Notes under the pieces: model-generated
Database searches by the model: none
What the model saw: only the letters and a program-made list of their open reading frames with translations
Told to the model about the DNA's origin: nothing
In this document: positions 1 through 13,434 of the stretch, piece after piece
Numbering within the stretch: the first letter of the stretch is position 1
Layout: each line of letters starts with the position of its first letter
Origin: Nemertoderma westbladi
Taxonomy: Eukaryota; Animalia; Xenacoelomorpha
Reading direction: 5' to 3'
Assembly (NCBI GenBank): GCA_032718475.1
Contig: JAUCBJ010005761.1
Coordinates: 1-51,307, forward strand
Length of the DNA stretch: 51,307 nucleotides
Made by a program: the position numbers and the translations under genes

Positions 1-275
1 ACTAATTGTTTTGGTTAGATTCAGCCCTTCTGTAACCTGTGTTTTTGGTGAAAACCTGGTATTCTTCACATGCGGGTAACTGCAAAGTGAAATATAACGG
101 CAGAAAGTCTGGTATACTTCACATGGGCCATAAGTGTTAACAACCTCGTTTATTGCTTTGGTTAGAAAAATTAGTCTCTGTAACCTATCATGTCTGTAAC
201 CTGCTCCTTTCCTCAATCAGGCGAAGGTTGGACGCGGGCGAAAGGTTGGTCGCGGGCGAAGATTGCACCCAACCG
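1..275. repeat. End fragment of a dispersed repeat family (GTTTATTGTTTTGGTTAG...CTCTGTAACCTG units; probable non-autonomous DNA transposon)
   Basis: The same unit motif recurs at about 1800-1870, 9440-9500 and 18930-19280; the segment ends in short GC-rich tandem repeats (GGCGAAGGTTGGACGCG-like). Confidence 0.45.
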
Positions 276-354
276 TATATACCAAAAACTACTTAAAAAT
301 CAAGGCTAGGAATACAACTATCATTGAATCATAAACGAGCATTAGTAGAGATAA

Positions 355-688
355 GGGGCCATCCAAGTATGACGTCTGCACTTTTCACCAAAATGTTGAC
401 CCACCCCCCTCCCCTAAATCAGATTACAATTTTTTTTGCGTCCTAATCAATGAAAGGTGGTGACTGGTAACTGAAACAGAAGGTCGTGCTATGGGACTTC
501 GAGGGCTTCGAACAATTAAAATAGGCAAGCTATTTACTCTTCTGCTATATCTCTTCTAGCACTTATAAATGACAATTTTTGACGTCAGATTTTGGCTGAC
601 CCCCTCCCCTCCCCTCATCAGCACGTCATCAGATTTTCCCAACCCCCCTTCCCCCCCTAAAGTGCTGACGTCATACTTGGACGACCCC
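355..688. mobile_element. MITE, PIF/Harbinger-like
   Basis: About 30-bp TIRs, GGGGCCATCCAAGTATGACGTCTGCACTTT / AAAGTGCTGACGTCATACTTGGACGACCCC (3 mismatches); preceded by TAA; no coding capacity. Superfamily inferred from the GGGG termini and TWA context. Confidence 0.65.
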
Positions 689-1699
689 CAATAATCAATA
701 ATCAATAATAATAAAATAAATTGAATTATAAGAACATGAATTAGGACTGGAATAATGGATAGTGAGACGTTAAAAATGGGCCATTTCGCCTTGAAACAGT
801 AGCATAAATACGATAATAATTGGTAGTGAAAGAACGCTTTGTCTTGTGAGGTTGAAGGGAACTGCCTTGCTGATTGCAGATGGGGAACCAATCAGTTCAC
901 CCAAGCTGAAATATTCGAGATTCTGTCCGTTCAAGAAGAAAGTTGTAGCAAAGCAAACGGAGGGTCAAATCCATTAGCTGTTTGCGTCATAATAGCGGTC
1001 GGTGGTGCATTTACTTTAAAAAATCATTGATATTGTAATTGACTGGTAGTTTTACCCCAAAACAACAAAGTAACGAAATCAATACTATTTTGTATTTGTT
1101 TCCGCCCAGATAAAACAATAACACGGAATACTATAGCAAACGCGTTCCTAATCAAACGGTATCCCCATATATATTATTTCATATCATCCGTCTCTTTTCT
1201 CCTAGATAACAGATAAAGGATGACAGCAGCGGTCGGCCAATGGAGGTTGGGTACTACTGCAGCGCACCTGGGGAATTATGTATGATTGATTAATGTATCT
1301 GGAGAAATATTCGGCTTCTATTTGAAAGTCGATTTATCACATCAACATAAAATATCGTGACATCTCCAGAATTAATAACTTAGGGAATAAAAGGAACAAA
1401 TTAAATGTAACTCCAGTCGAAATAAAATATGAGCGTCAATAAGGTTACAGTTAATTTTACCCGCTTAGTTTTTTCCCACTGGTAATTGGCAATGGCATAT
1501 TTTTATAGTACTAACACCTATCGTTAAAAATTGAAATCAATTCAAATTTACATTTTTAAGAAAAAAATGCTTGTACTGTAGATATTGCCTCGGAAATAAT
1601 ATAGGACCAATTTCTAGAGTTTCTTCACTATGAACTGCAAACTGACTACCTCCAGTGAGTAACGTAATTCAGATAGGGGGGGGGGGGGGGGGGGGGGGG

Positions 1700-1935
1700 G
1701 GGTCAGGGGAAACTGGACGCAATAAAAATTACCCCTCTCCAGGGGAAATTGGACGCAAATAACAGATGATTTCTCTCAAAAATAAAACAGTTACATGTTC
1801 TATTGTGTTTAGTTTATTGTTTTGGTTAAAATATCGTGCCACTGTAACCTGTTCCTTTCCCTAAATTGAGAATTAAACATTGAGGCGGGATATTAATTCG
1901 CCAAGGCGGGTTTTGCGTCGAGTTTCCCGCCCTGT
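1700..1935. repeat. Dispersed repeat, copy 1 (second copy at about 9375-9575)
   Basis: Shared CCCTCTCCAG..GAAATTGGACGCAAATAACAG...GTTCTATTGTGTTTAGTTTATTGTTTTGG...TGTAACCTGTTCCTTTCCCTAAATTGAGAAT...GCCAAGG.GGGTTTTGCGTC in both copies. Confidence 0.7.
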
Positions 1936-3651
1936 CTCACATAATTATAAGTATAGTCGAAAATAGTTCTAAATAATTTCTCAGGCGAAAGTGCGAACGT
2001 GTAGTTTTCTATACTATTCACACGTTTGCAATCTCACTTTAAAAATGTGTGCAATACGTTATAATATACAACACAGGTATATAAGATGTATGCGTTTATC
2101 TAAGTAAAGCTACTGCAATTACTATTGATAGGCCTACATTTTGTAAAATATAAATGCAAAACGAATATGTTAATATCGAAACTACTACTGCTGGAACAAT
2201 TTTAGGTGTAGCGGTAACATAATTAGGAAAATGATATGTATGGGACTACCCAACCCACCCAACTCCATATAAATAACCTTGTGACATACAGGCGTGAGCT
2301 GATCACACGCCGTCCGTACCAACCAAATGAACTTATACAGGTCACATATAGCGGGGTGGCACCTTGTAATCATATCCGATGTCATTATTGTCAACCAACC
2401 AAACTGCGTCATCAGCCGGACTAAATAGAATTAGGTTTATGGAGAAAATTAAATCAACCATCAAGTAAAAATCAGAGGGAGATAGAGCGATTTATTTCAG
2501 AGATTTAGTGATGTGAAATTGATAGTTTCGAAAATCGCAGAAACCAACGTTGTTTCTTTTAACAGAAGATCAATTAATTAAATGCAAAATGCGAAATGAA
2601 TTTCTGAGTGACAAAATAAAATGAAAGAATAGGCTTTTGTGGTATTGAGTGAAATTCAAGGGGGGTTAGAACCGATCAATTAAATAATAGGCCTGTTTAT
2701 TCAGTCCAAGGGAGCCCCCCAAGGGCGAAAAGGAAAACCATGGTCGAATCAACTATCGGCTGGTTAAGAATGCCCAGGTAATCAAACGAATTAGGCCGGG
2801 GCGTGTATGCCGGCAGGCCCGTTGAGGCGTGCCCTCGACATCAGCAAACTCAGTGGAATTTTACTTTTTCGTGACTGAATGACACATTTAATAAAAGATG
2901 GGCTAAGCCCCCAAGACAACAGAGTAATGCCTTCTTGAATTTGGAAACGTCCATTAACAAGGTTGCCATTCAGATATTTGCTATACTCAAGAGGTTTTAC
3001 TTTATTTAACAAGAAGCTTCTCTCCGTAAGTAATCCATTTTACCGACAACAATAATTTTAATTGTGGGGCGAGCCACAAAAGTAAGCGAGCTTAGCATAC
3101 GGGAACCACTATCTCATCTGTCATCTGTAGATCTGTAGATACTTGTTTTTAAACGTTAATAATTCAACTAATCCTCGATGAAATCTAACCAATTTAATTA
3201 AGTTGATTAAGGTAAAAAACAGCATTTTTCTGCCTGTCCTTTAATGAAATTTAATTATTTTCTAATATAAGATTTAAATAATTATACTTAAAAATAGTTT
3301 TAGTTCTAAGTGATTTGCTCTTAGAAATGTGTTTTTAATTGATCTAAACGTAATTAACTTATGAAAAATCCCCCACACCCTATACTTCCAGCTCCCCCAT
3401 TCCATGGCGTGATTGCTATATTGCTTAACTGGGAACCAGTCAAACCAGTCCCGCACCTCACCAATACTCGATCAATGGGTAAATACATAGTTTCTATAAG
3501 GTATAGCTTCCAGGTCTCCCACGTAACGCACTGAATAGAAAAGTTATTCTAATGTGCAACACCCCACTTTACTACTGTACCTAACTGAAGAACTGGTAGC
3601 TTCGGGCGTGGTAAATTGTACAGAGGCATTACAAAAGATACATAGCCTCAT

Positions 3652-3900
3652 TTGAAAACAAATTGGAAAATGTTGAGAATAATTTTTCTACTCCCCAGCA
3701 ATGACTCAATCCAATTGATCCCAAGCAAACTTCCCAAAACGCCACCTCGTAACGAGATTGAGTACACATGGTTTTCACTTCAAGCTGTGCTCCGTAACGG
3801 GATGTCTGGAGAAAGACGAACAATGTCGTTGTGCAACTTATGCGGCAGTACTCTCACTTTGCTACACGCTCTAGACTGTTCTAGTATAAAACCTCATGGT
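3652..3900 (+). pseudogene. Possible decayed fragment of a CRE/RLE-type non-LTR retrotransposon (C-terminal Zn motif)
   Basis: Translation ...QAVLRNG...LCNLCGSTLTLLHALDCS resembles the LRYG...CxxCG..xHALxC motif that precedes the restriction-like endonuclease in CRE-clade elements; no RT is visible nearby. Confidence 0.3.
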
Positions 3901-5059
3901 CTGAGTTTTCTCGACAACTTCGTCTGACTGATCCCTCACAATTTTAAACTACCTGCAATTTTTAAACTAGTCCCAAACAATTTTATCTTATTTTATTACT
4001 AATAAATACAATTTTACATACATTAATTGAATTTATTTATTTTACATTAGTTCAGTACATTATTTTATGCCGAAAGGAGCAATTGAATAAATACAGATAG
4101 AATGGGTAAATAGCATAAGCAGTGTAAGGAGCCAGGCTAATAAGAAAGCTTGCTTATTGTTTATCTCGCAAAGTGATTGGCTGAGTATTTAATCGTGATT
4201 CTTTGAAATAACTAACTAAATTATTTCGTTGAGGCGTTGGACATGATAAATTAATATTTCAGTATCAATAATATCGGCATAAGGTAAGGCATTTAATATT
4301 TTTTACAAATCGGGTCTCTGCCACGCCTAAAATAAAATATATTACTTTTAAAGCACAACTTTTATGTTAATACCTGTCTGTCATCAATCGTCTATCTGTG
4401 TGCCTTGCGACCCGGACAATTGCGACTCGGTCAATTGTTCGGTTCGCAATTGTCCGGGACGGAATTGTCCGGTTCGCAAATCTACGGATCGGAATTTTCC
4501 GGACACCTGTTGAAGGTGAGAAACTTTCCCCTCTTCTTTTATTTATTTTTGGTTAATTAAAATTCTTAAATGTCGATTTTGTGATAGAATCGCTCTATTT
4601 TAATTTGTATCTCATAACTGAGCCTCGTGCTGCGCGAAGGCCCCACCCCCACGAACGTGTTATATATTACATATATTATATATCCCAACTGCAGACATGT
4701 GGGCGTGCCACGGAATAATCAATCTCTCTATAGTAACGCCGCATGGATAAAGTTCACCCTGGTACCGTGCGTGAAGTCTCTCACTCAGTCACTACTCACT
4801 CAACATAGTCAGCATATGAATATTATTGAGAGGGAAATTCGAATTTTTTACATACAACCTAACAGTTTGTTCTACCGGTATAGTCTTTATCTTGTTTGCT
4901 CATCAATTTGCTGGTTAGCGATTGCATCAATCCCCTTCATAATACTATAATCCTTCATAACACTATAATAGGTGAAGGAAGTGCAGAATTCTGATTTCAT
5001 TGACACCTGAGCACTCTACACCTACTCCGTGCACGCTGGAATAACTACAGTCTGACAGT

Positions 5060-5995
5060 ATGTTCGACTCCTGGCGAAAATACATAGCCGGGGGAGTTTG
5101 TCGTTGCGATACTCGACTCGAAGGGAAAACGGTTATTATAACGGGTGGGAATACAGGAATAGGGAAAGAAACGGCTCGGGACCTGGCCGGGAGAGGAGCT
5201 CGGGTTATATTGGGATGTCGGGATGAGACGAGAGCAGAAACCGCCGCAAAAGAGATTAGAGAAGCCACTGGGAATCAACAAGTTGTTTACAAACAGTTGG
5301 ATTTGGCATCATTGGATTCCGTACGGAGTTTCGCTAAAGATATTACGGATGAAGAGAAGCGATTAGATGTTCTTATCAACAATGCCGGGGTGATGGCGTG
5401 CCCTAAATGGACAACAAAAGACGGTTTTGAGTACCAATTTGGGGTGAATCATTTAGGGCATTTTCTCTTGACTAATTTGTTGCTAAACCTGATGAAATCC
5501 AGTTCGGATGACGGGCGAATCATAACTGTTTCATCGAGAGCCCACATTCGGTGTAGCAAAGACATCCAGTTTGACGATATCAACTTGGATAAGTGCTACG
5601 ATTCCTTCCAGGCTTACAGTCGCAGTAAGTTGTCTAACATTCTGTTCACCTTGGAATTGAGTAGGCGTCTCGAAGGATCGAATGTATCCACATTCGCCGT
5701 TCACCCAGGAGTTGTCAACACAGATATGTTCCGCTCTTTGCGTCAGATTTCCCGTTTCTACGCGGCGGTTAGCGTGTGCATGAAATATCCGCTGTACGCG
5801 GTCGGAAAGACCCCCTCCCAAGGCGCCCAGAGCTCCATCCATTGCGCGGTAGCACCGGGGCTGGCGTCCCGTACCGGCAAGTACTTCATCGACTGCAAAG
5901 AGTCGGAGACATCGGCTATGGCGGCCGATAAAGATTTAGCGGGGAAGTTGTGGGATATGAGCGAGATAATGGTGGGACTAGGTCAGCAGCCGTAA
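5060..5995 (+). CDS. Retinol dehydrogenase 11/12/13/14-like short-chain dehydrogenase/reductase (311 aa, single ORF)
   Basis: TGGNTGIG Rossmann motif, LDLASLDSVR, NNAGVM, catalytic YSRSK (YxxxK), VHPGVV; AATAAA at 6062. The usual N-terminal hydrophobic anchor is absent, so an upstream exon is possible. Confidence 0.93.
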   Translation: MFDSWRKYIAGGVCRCDTRLEGKTVIITGGNTGIGKETARDLAGRGARVILGCRDETRAETAAKEIREATGNQQVVYKQLDLASLDSVRSFAKDITDEEKRLDVLINNAGVMACPKWTTKDGFEYQFGVNHLGHFLLTNLLLNLMKSSSDDGRIITVSSRAHIRCSKDIQFDDINLDKCYDSFQAYSRSKLSNILFTLELSRRLEGSNVSTFAVHPGVVNTDMFRSLRQISRFYAAVSVCMKYPLYAVGKTPSQGAQSSIHCAVAPGLASRTGKYFIDCKESETSAMAADKDLAGKLWDMSEIMVGLGQQP

Positions 5996-7822
5996 CCTGG
6001 TACGGATATCACGACCCCTTACGATCACGACCAAGAGTTGTTAACAAAGTAAAGTCATTCGAATAAAAAAGTATTGGAAAGAGACAATTTGTTCCTATTT
6101 CATCTTTATTTTGCTGCAATTCCAATATTCTCACCAGCTTCGTTAATCAGCTAACGAGTTCAAAAATCAGAATATTTAAATTTCTGACAAGGAGTTATTT
6201 CCAATACTTTTTTTAAATCGAATTTGAATATTTTATTTTATTCTTGTTAATTAAATGAATTTCTAAATTTACATTTGACATAAATTAACGGGTTTCTTTC
6301 CCAATTTAAAATTATTATTAAAAAAATATATTGAAAATTTGCGTTTGAAGTGAACCATCAAACCTGAGTTTCTCAATTTCATTTGGAATCAAATTATATA
6401 AATCAAATACTGTAAATTAATTAGATGAATGGTTAGAGCGTCAGATGATACCAGCGTGCATAATTAATCATTCATTCAGTTTTATATAAATTTTGTATCT
6501 TTAAATTTTATTCACAGTGTACAGTACACTATTTATAGAGTATGTTGTTTAATTTTGCTTACTAATTTGTTTAATTTTATAAAAACCCATTTAATATTAG
6601 GTGGGCCTACATTTTCAAATAAAATTACATTTATAGATATATGTTAATGTCTCACTTTCAAATAGTGGCGCAAATTGACCATAATTGAAGATTGTTAGCT
6701 TCAGCGTAAATTGACAGCAAGTTAAATAAAAGGAACAGCTCATCATCATTGGCGGGTTGACAATGCGATGTAGGTATTCCATAATTAATCATGCATTGTA
6801 ATCATACAACGAATGACGTCACAAACAGGTGCTTCTGCTCATTCGTATCACTATGGTCGCTTTAGAAATTGTCGCTTTTGCGCTATTTGCCTTCTGGTTT
6901 ACAGTGGAGTAGAATGACTAATTTATCGAATTCGGAATAATTGTGAAATATGTTTTATCAATAATTTTGTTTTCAAAATCGATTTGTAAAGTTGGGAAAG
7001 ATTTTATTGAATAAAATTAAATAAGTAATTTGATTTAATAGTGTTTATTTACCCATATCTACTTTCTATAGCTTAAAATAAATGAGGCTAAATATTATAA
7101 TATGACTAATTATTATGCGACAGCGAAATTATAGAGATTGATCGTTAAATGTTGAAAATTAGTGGTTGTTAAGAATCTATAGAACTGATCTATATATTTT
7201 GTGGATGTCACAGAAATTAGTATTCCTTTCCCGGAATAATGTTTTTGACTCAATTCCAAACCGCATAAATAATAGGCGATTATTTTAGAAATTTAATAAG
7301 ATTTTATGGGGGATATTATTTATTTATTATTCAAGATCTCTTATCCTGAAAAAATGAATATAATAATGATTTATAATATTTTATAAATTAATAAACCACT
7401 ACTATATGTAATAGAACCTCTTCCGAACGTTAATTTTCCAGCTGTTTTCCAATCAATGAAATTGTTCTTGAATCACTGAAACAATCCATCGTAATCTTGT
7501 TGGTGAACATTATAATATCTTTACATTAACATACAGGGGATGACGCCATACTGGCTCTGCCTTAAATTTTTAATGTTAATATTTATAATTTTTGCGTAAT
7601 TTTTAGTTACTGTAATCCAAAATGTATCTTTATTTAGCGGTATCTTCTCACTTATAGTATCACGTTTTCAAAGAAAACCATTTCCGATAATATTTTATGT
7701 ATTTATTTACGTACAAAATCGCATATATACATAAATCAAACATACCAATGAAATTAATAGGTCAATTATAATAATTACATTCAAACTAACATACAAACAT
7801 GAAATTAATTAATTAAGAATCG

Positions 7823-8350
7823 CTAACATTCGATGCCGTATTTATCAAAGTTTCTCAATACAATACCGAGTTGCAAATGGACAGTCCCCATCGCCTGGGT
7901 GTGGAGGTTATATCGATCGGCCCCGGTGTAAATAACATCGGGATTCCGCAACGCGGGACTCCCTCCCACGAACTGCTGCGAGAGGAAGTCGGAGAAGGTC
8001 CCCGCGGGCCGCCACGTGACGCACTCGACCTCGTGGAGTCCGGGGGACGCGGGAATGTGGCAGAATCCGTAGCCGTAGAGTTCGTTGCGGCCGTACTGGT
8101 CCTGGTGGTAGACCTGGAAGTGTATCTTGGGCCAACCCTGCAGACCCCTGGTCGCGTAATGCACGTCTATGGGGTGGCTCCAGTACGCGAAGTCCTCGCT
8201 GTGGGGTATGTCCACCTGTGTCTGGCCTTCCGTTATTCCTTCGAGTTTCTTCCAGGCGCTCCCGGCGTGCAAACCCCACTTACAGAACAGACTCTGGTCC
8301 GGAAATCCGCTACCGCCGGTTATTTGACCGATAATGTGAACTTCAGCCAT
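7823..8350 (-). CDS. B9D2: B9 domain-containing protein 2 (MKS ciliary transition-zone module), 175 aa, intronless CDS
   Basis: [10 protein letters not shown]...SLFCKWG...EGQTQVD...[19 protein letters not shown]...GYGFCHIP...TWRP...[10 protein letters not shown] matches B9D2 end to end at the expected length. Confidence 0.95.
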   Translation of the reverse strand: MAEVHIIGQITGGSGFPDQSLFCKWGLHAGSAWKKLEGITEGQTQVDIPHSEDFAYWSHPIDVHYATRGLQGWPKIHFQVYHQDQYGRNELYGYGFCHIPASPGLHEVECVTWRPAGTFSDFLSQQFVGGSPALRNPDVIYTGADRYNLHTQAMGTVHLQLGIVLRNFDKYGIEC

Positions 8351-9020
8351 TCGGGAAGGTCGATTACCGCCGCTATCGCCCAGCTAAATCGCAGAATTGA
8401 TCCGGATGAAATAAACTCGAGATTATTCTGTACTGTTATGGTTATCACTATTTACTACAATTTTCAGGTTCTTATGCTGTATAGAGGTATGGTGTAGACG
8501 GCTGGTGTATATACGATTGCCTTCTATTATATATTGAGAGTCATCCAGCGATGAATACGCGATATAACAGGTACAGTACTGCAGTACTGTATAAGCTCAA
8601 ATCGGAAAAATAAAGTGGGATACAGCAGCGACATACAAAGCTATACGATATAAAACCTGACAACCTTAATGCATGTATCTGTAGCTAACAGTACACGGAC
8701 AGTACGTGCGTATTCTGTAAATAATTAAAAAATGTAAAAGTAGTTACACAACGTAACTTTATAACTAGAGAATTTATATAACCATTCTGCCTAGTATTTT
8801 AAATATAAGTACTGGTAAGGTATTTTAGTATTTTTTATTTCCGAAGCTGTACTTTTCTAACTGATGACATGCTGTCATGGCGATGGTGAACAAGCCCAGT
8901 GCATGCAGTAAGTAAGCTTGCAAAGTAAGAAACATTGCCGCATCCACAGTCAGTCAGTATGCCTACCGGTACGGTAACAAACTTCAGCAGAAATAGCCTA
9001 AATATTGATGTTGTTTTTAC

Positions 9021-9062
9021 GTTGCCATGATACCCTAATAAACGAAATAATGTGATTGGCTG
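9021..9062 (-). promoter_or_regulatory. Putative B9D2 promoter: RFX X-box-like site (GTTGCCATGATACC, 9021-9034) plus NF-Y CCAAT box (CAGCCAATCAC on minus, 9052-9062)
   Basis: Both motifs are read directly, about 670-710 bp upstream of the ATG of a ciliary gene; RFX control of transition-zone genes is established. Confidence 0.5.
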
Positions 9063-9374
9063 TGGATATATTTAAGATAATGTTAGTAGAACCGGCATCC
9101 CCAACACTCACATATCATTAGTCGTCTACTTAAGTTCCACGTTTATTTCCACTAGGTATGGTATGTCATATACTGTATTTTGTATCATAATCTGCTTCCA
9201 AGACCCAAATGTTGTGTTGATTATGACTTTGACGTTACTGGATAATCATTGTAAGTTTTCTTTAAAGAGCGAAATGTATCTCCTTTTTAATTACAACTAC
9301 ACAGTATTATAGTATTATAGTTATATATGAAATTAGTAGTAATGCTGGGGAGGGGGGCTGGAAGCAATAAAAAT

Positions 9375-9575
9375 GCATCCCTCTCCAGTCGAAATTGGAC
9401 GCAAATAACAGCTGATCTATTCTAGCTGACCTGTTCTATTGTGTTTAGTTTATTGTTTTGGCTAAAATAACGTGCCTTGTAACCTGTTCCTTTCCCTAAA
9501 TTGAGAATATAATATTGAGGCGGGATATTATGTAATTCGCCAAGGTGGGTTTTGCGTCCAGTTCCCCCCTGTCTC
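9375..9575. repeat. Dispersed repeat, copy 2 (see 1700-1935)
   Basis: Direct sequence similarity to 1720-1935. Confidence 0.7.
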
Positions 9576-11937
9576 TTTGTTACAGTACATTGTAAATTGC
9601 TAGTTACCAACATAGGCTTCTTGGCCCCAACTTGGAAGAGAAGCCTATCCTTTACGAGGCAAGGTTTAGTGGAAGGCCCACCCCTAAATCAAACTGTCAG
9701 AAAACACTAATCATTTAGTGTATTATTAAATTAATCTTATGTCTTAATAGCCCCTCCTATGGCATATTTTGTAACTTTGTACATCGCCAGTGGTTCTATT
9801 TGCTTGCTACCTGATATGGCCTGGTCCCACCTTGGTGTAGTGGTTTTTTTTTATTTAATAATCTAGGGCATAATTTAATGAGGATTTAATCAAACCTGAA
9901 AACCGCTTTTACCTGGAAACCTCTTTTAGTTCTTGAGTTATCGCTGTTTTTCTGTATGATTGTCAGTCATCAGTCAAGTTGTAACCCAGACAGACAACCG
10001 ACAGACAGACAGACAGACTAGATTCCACCAAACCTTAAAACTGACATCGGAAATGAAATGTGCGACCCCGAAGACCCCCATAATGAAAGTTTTGGCGCGG
10101 TGATGTGATTCCTACGTGCCAGAAATGATTAACCAACCAGATCACAGACAACCAGTTTTGGCGGGAAGGTTTAAACTTTGAAAGCAATTGTCTCGGAAAG
10201 ATATTTTTCATTGACTACTCCTCCGCCATTTTTTATCCAATTTTCAAAGGGTTTCGGCTGTTCGTTAAAAGTTATCGGTTGGAATTTACATACTGTATTT
10301 GTTTTTACAGCCTATTTTTCAGATTAAAGCCAAAATTTGTTAAAATTTTGCTAAATATTATAATTATTAATTAATTTTCATAAAAACGCTAAACAACAAA
10401 TTGTAACCGATAACTTTTGTGGAGCCCACATCCGTAATTCGAAAAAAATTGGTTTCAGACAATTCCAACTAAAATTTAATGACTAGTACAGTAGCATGTT
10501 AACCGCAAATCTTGTTTCATTCAATTGCTGCTAGAGGGCCACTGAAAATTTGAACATTTTTCGAAAAAACAAATGTTTAGCCATATTTTAACCCATACTG
10601 TATAGAATTAAAATATTTTTATTTCAGTAGAAATTGTAGACATTAAAAAAAGGTGTTGGGGGGGGGGGGGGGGGGGGTACTCCGGCCTTAAATGGTAACA
10701 AAATGAGTACTGGAGTTTACTCTGGGGAGTATTATAGTTCTGGGGGCCCGCACTGGAAATAAGTCGTCAGACTTTGTGCGTAATCCCTGACCTAACGACC
10801 GAATAAAACCTTGGTCTCATTTGCTACCTGGCCCATAAAGTTAAACTGATAATCAAAAAAAATATCAATTCTGCGATTCTGTGATAGAAACATCAAGTTG
10901 ATATACAGTATCTCATCATACAGTTCTGTATTCACGATCGCACAAAGGATATTATTTCTATTTCGGCTACTACGACCAATGGAATATTTTGTTTTGGGGA
11001 TAGGAAATGAAATAAATATAGTCGAATTTCATCATAATTATAATAATAATTTCTTGTGATCATTTCCATATAAAAATCACTTCCTGTACGTGCTGTTAAT
11101 GACACCATGTGCCTTAACGCCTTTCGGCACATCGGATGCTCATTACGGGGATGTGGGGTGGGGTTAGTAAACTGCAAGTAAATATAATAGAGGTAGGATA
11201 AAATTATGTATATTTACCGGAAGCGAGATGATGATAATGTATCCGTAGCTACAGTATAATAATAGCCTACAACCAAGATATACTGTAGTACTAAAAAAAG
11301 GAAAATAAATGTCATAAATGTTGAATAACATTTATGACAGACAATCACAACAAAAAGTTAAGACAGTCTCAGAAACATAGTATATATATTTCCAACTCCA
11401 AAATATTGATATAATTTATTTTTCTGCACTCAAAATTCCAAAACATGATACATATATTAATTTTTCACCCCGAACCATCAAAGTATGTCCGATACTGATT
11501 GTACTGTATAAGTTAAACGCACAAAATATATTAGTTTAATTAATTACAGCACAAATAATTTAAGTATAATGGAAATTAAAGTACAATAAGTAAGTACACT
11601 TACTGTAGTTGTTCAAGCAAATGTATGGTTGGGTGAAGTTGGCATAATATAATAATTGGATTGCATCGTCTTTCACTCACACATTCAATGTCAATTTCAG
11701 TTCAATTTGCGACACATTGAAAACAACCTTTTGTTTGGAAGTTATCAAAACAAAATTTGTAGCCCATTGGTGAAGAATGATAGTTAGAAAACTATATTAA
11801 GTTTATGTAATTCAGTCTTCAATTCCAGATTCTAAACTGTATTAATTTATATCTTCCAGAAAAAAAGTGTCTTAAATGTTTGTAATAAAATATACAACAA
11901 CCGTTATAAAAACACCAAATTATTTATTCTGACTTTA

Positions 11938-13326
11938 TCAGGAGGGATCCCAATCGTTACCGTGTCTGTCTGGGAGGGTATCGTACACCTGGTCCCACAA
12001 CCAGGGGCGATCGTTCGGTCGGTAAGCCGTTAACGGTAGGTCGTACGGCACCGGGAAGGCGTCTAAATCGAACCAATCGCAGTCCCCCAACAGCTGCGGG
12101 AACAGGACCACCCCCAGTTCGTAGTTACGGATCATCAGCTGCGATTGGTTTTTCTCGAAGGCGCCCCACGCGGCCTTGGAGAGGTTGGCGCTGGTGAGTA
12201 GGAACCAAGAGAGTCGCTGGCAGTCGGACGAGACGCGGCAGTAGGTCTTTATGTGGGGGGAAGCAGCTGAACGTCCCGAACGATCAGCTCGCCATTGGTG
12301 GAAGAGCGCGGACAACCACGGTTGTTTCCTAGCAACCGAGACGCTGTAAGGGAGAGACGCCCCGGCTGCGTAGCCCTCTAGACTGGTCCGCACGTTGTCC
12401 ACGCTCGGGAAGATCAAAGACAGATCCGCCGGCGCCACAGAGGGGGCGCTTAGACTGTCTAGGAACTCGCCCCGTACCCACTTACTAGCGTCCGCGCCCA
12501 GCGTGCCCACGCTGGAGAACTGACCAATGACGGGCCAGTAAGTGGGCGCGGCGACCGCGTGTCTACGCAGCACCGTGCGCAGTCTACCGTGTCCCCAGTT
12601 CCACCGACCTTCCGCTAGGTGGCGTCCCGGCACTGAACCCACCAGGACCACTTTAGCAGAACTCAAATCGTATTCGCGTAAACGGGAGATCCAACTAGAC
12701 AAACCCGAGTTCCTGTAAGCCGATAGATATGCGATTAAATCGGCACCGAAGTCGAATTCCCTCGGAGAGCTGCTATTATCTCCAGATCGCTTTGGGAACA
12801 TGGGGCTGACCCAGACCCCTTGGGTCTTCTGCCCCCAGTCCCCGGGAACTAGATTAGCAGTGTGCACAACCACCCTGAGTCCTTCCACGCATCGCAACAG
12901 CATCATCTTGGTGTGGTGCGTCCCGTACGGGAGGTCCAATCTCGCGGACACCGGGATCACGCCGGGATGGCGGGAGGCCGCCGCGATTAGGTCGGCGTAC
13001 TGGTCGGAGCCGCGTTGCGCTCCGTGGACCAGGGTCATTGGGAGACCGCGGTACTCCCTGGGGTACTGCGACACCAGCCAGTCCAGGTCGATGCAGTAGT
13101 TAAACTGCGCCGAATCCACCAGAGTCCCCATCAACGGACTCAGGATGTCGGATAAACTCAACCCGTTCGAGTTCCATCGCTCCTCGATCCCGCGGACGCG
13201 GGAGAGGAACAGGGACGTCGGCTGGCCTCGTTCGTATACAGTAACGGGGTCGGGTCTCGTGTTGCTATGGTTAGAGTGTGACGTCTTTTGGCGTTTAACT
13301 GGAAGTACATCAGCTTGGTGAGCCAT
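11938..13326 (-). CDS. TDP1: Tyrosyl-DNA phosphodiesterase 1 (462 aa, intronless, short N-terminus)
   Basis: SAQFNYCIDLDWL, catalytic motifs YGTHHTKMM and ASPHIKTY, TANLVPGDWGQKTQGVW, SVPGRH, QFSSVG, SLEGYAAGASLPY, TSANLSKAAWG, IRNYELGV, PVPYDLP; AATAAA on the minus strand just after the stop. Confidence 0.96.
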   Translation of the reverse strand: MAHQADVLPVKRQKTSHSNHSNTRPDPVTVYERGQPTSLFLSRVRGIEERWNSNGLSLSDILSPLMGTLVDSAQFNYCIDLDWLVSQYPREYRGLPMTLVHGAQRGSDQYADLIAAASRHPGVIPVSARLDLPYGTHHTKMMLLRCVEGLRVVVHTANLVPGDWGQKTQGVWVSPMFPKRSGDNSSSPREFDFGADLIAYLSAYRNSGLSSWISRLREYDLSSAKVVLVGSVPGRHLAEGRWNWGHGRLRTVLRRHAVAAPTYWPVIGQFSSVGTLGADASKWVRGEFLDSLSAPSVAPADLSLIFPSVDNVRTSLEGYAAGASLPYSVSVARKQPWLSALFHQWRADRSGRSAASPHIKTYCRVSSDCQRLSWFLLTSANLSKAAWGAFEKNQSQLMIRNYELGVVLFPQLLGDCDWFDLDAFPVPYDLPLTAYRPNDRPWLWDQVYDTLPDRHGNDWDPS

Positions 13327-13434
13327 GAGTGAGTATGATATACCGTAATAACTAATAATAAGATAATATACTCACAAACAGCTGTGACTGAATTGGCACC
13401 TGTATTGGCAATTGGTTTCAGGTTTACTGTTATC

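Noticed and set aside
7871-8497. 208-aa plus-strand ORF and 123-aa alternate-frame ORF over B9D2
   Set aside because: Shadow ORFs of a GC-rich CDS with no recognisable motifs; the same applies to the many short ORFs overlapping TDP1 and PIGA.
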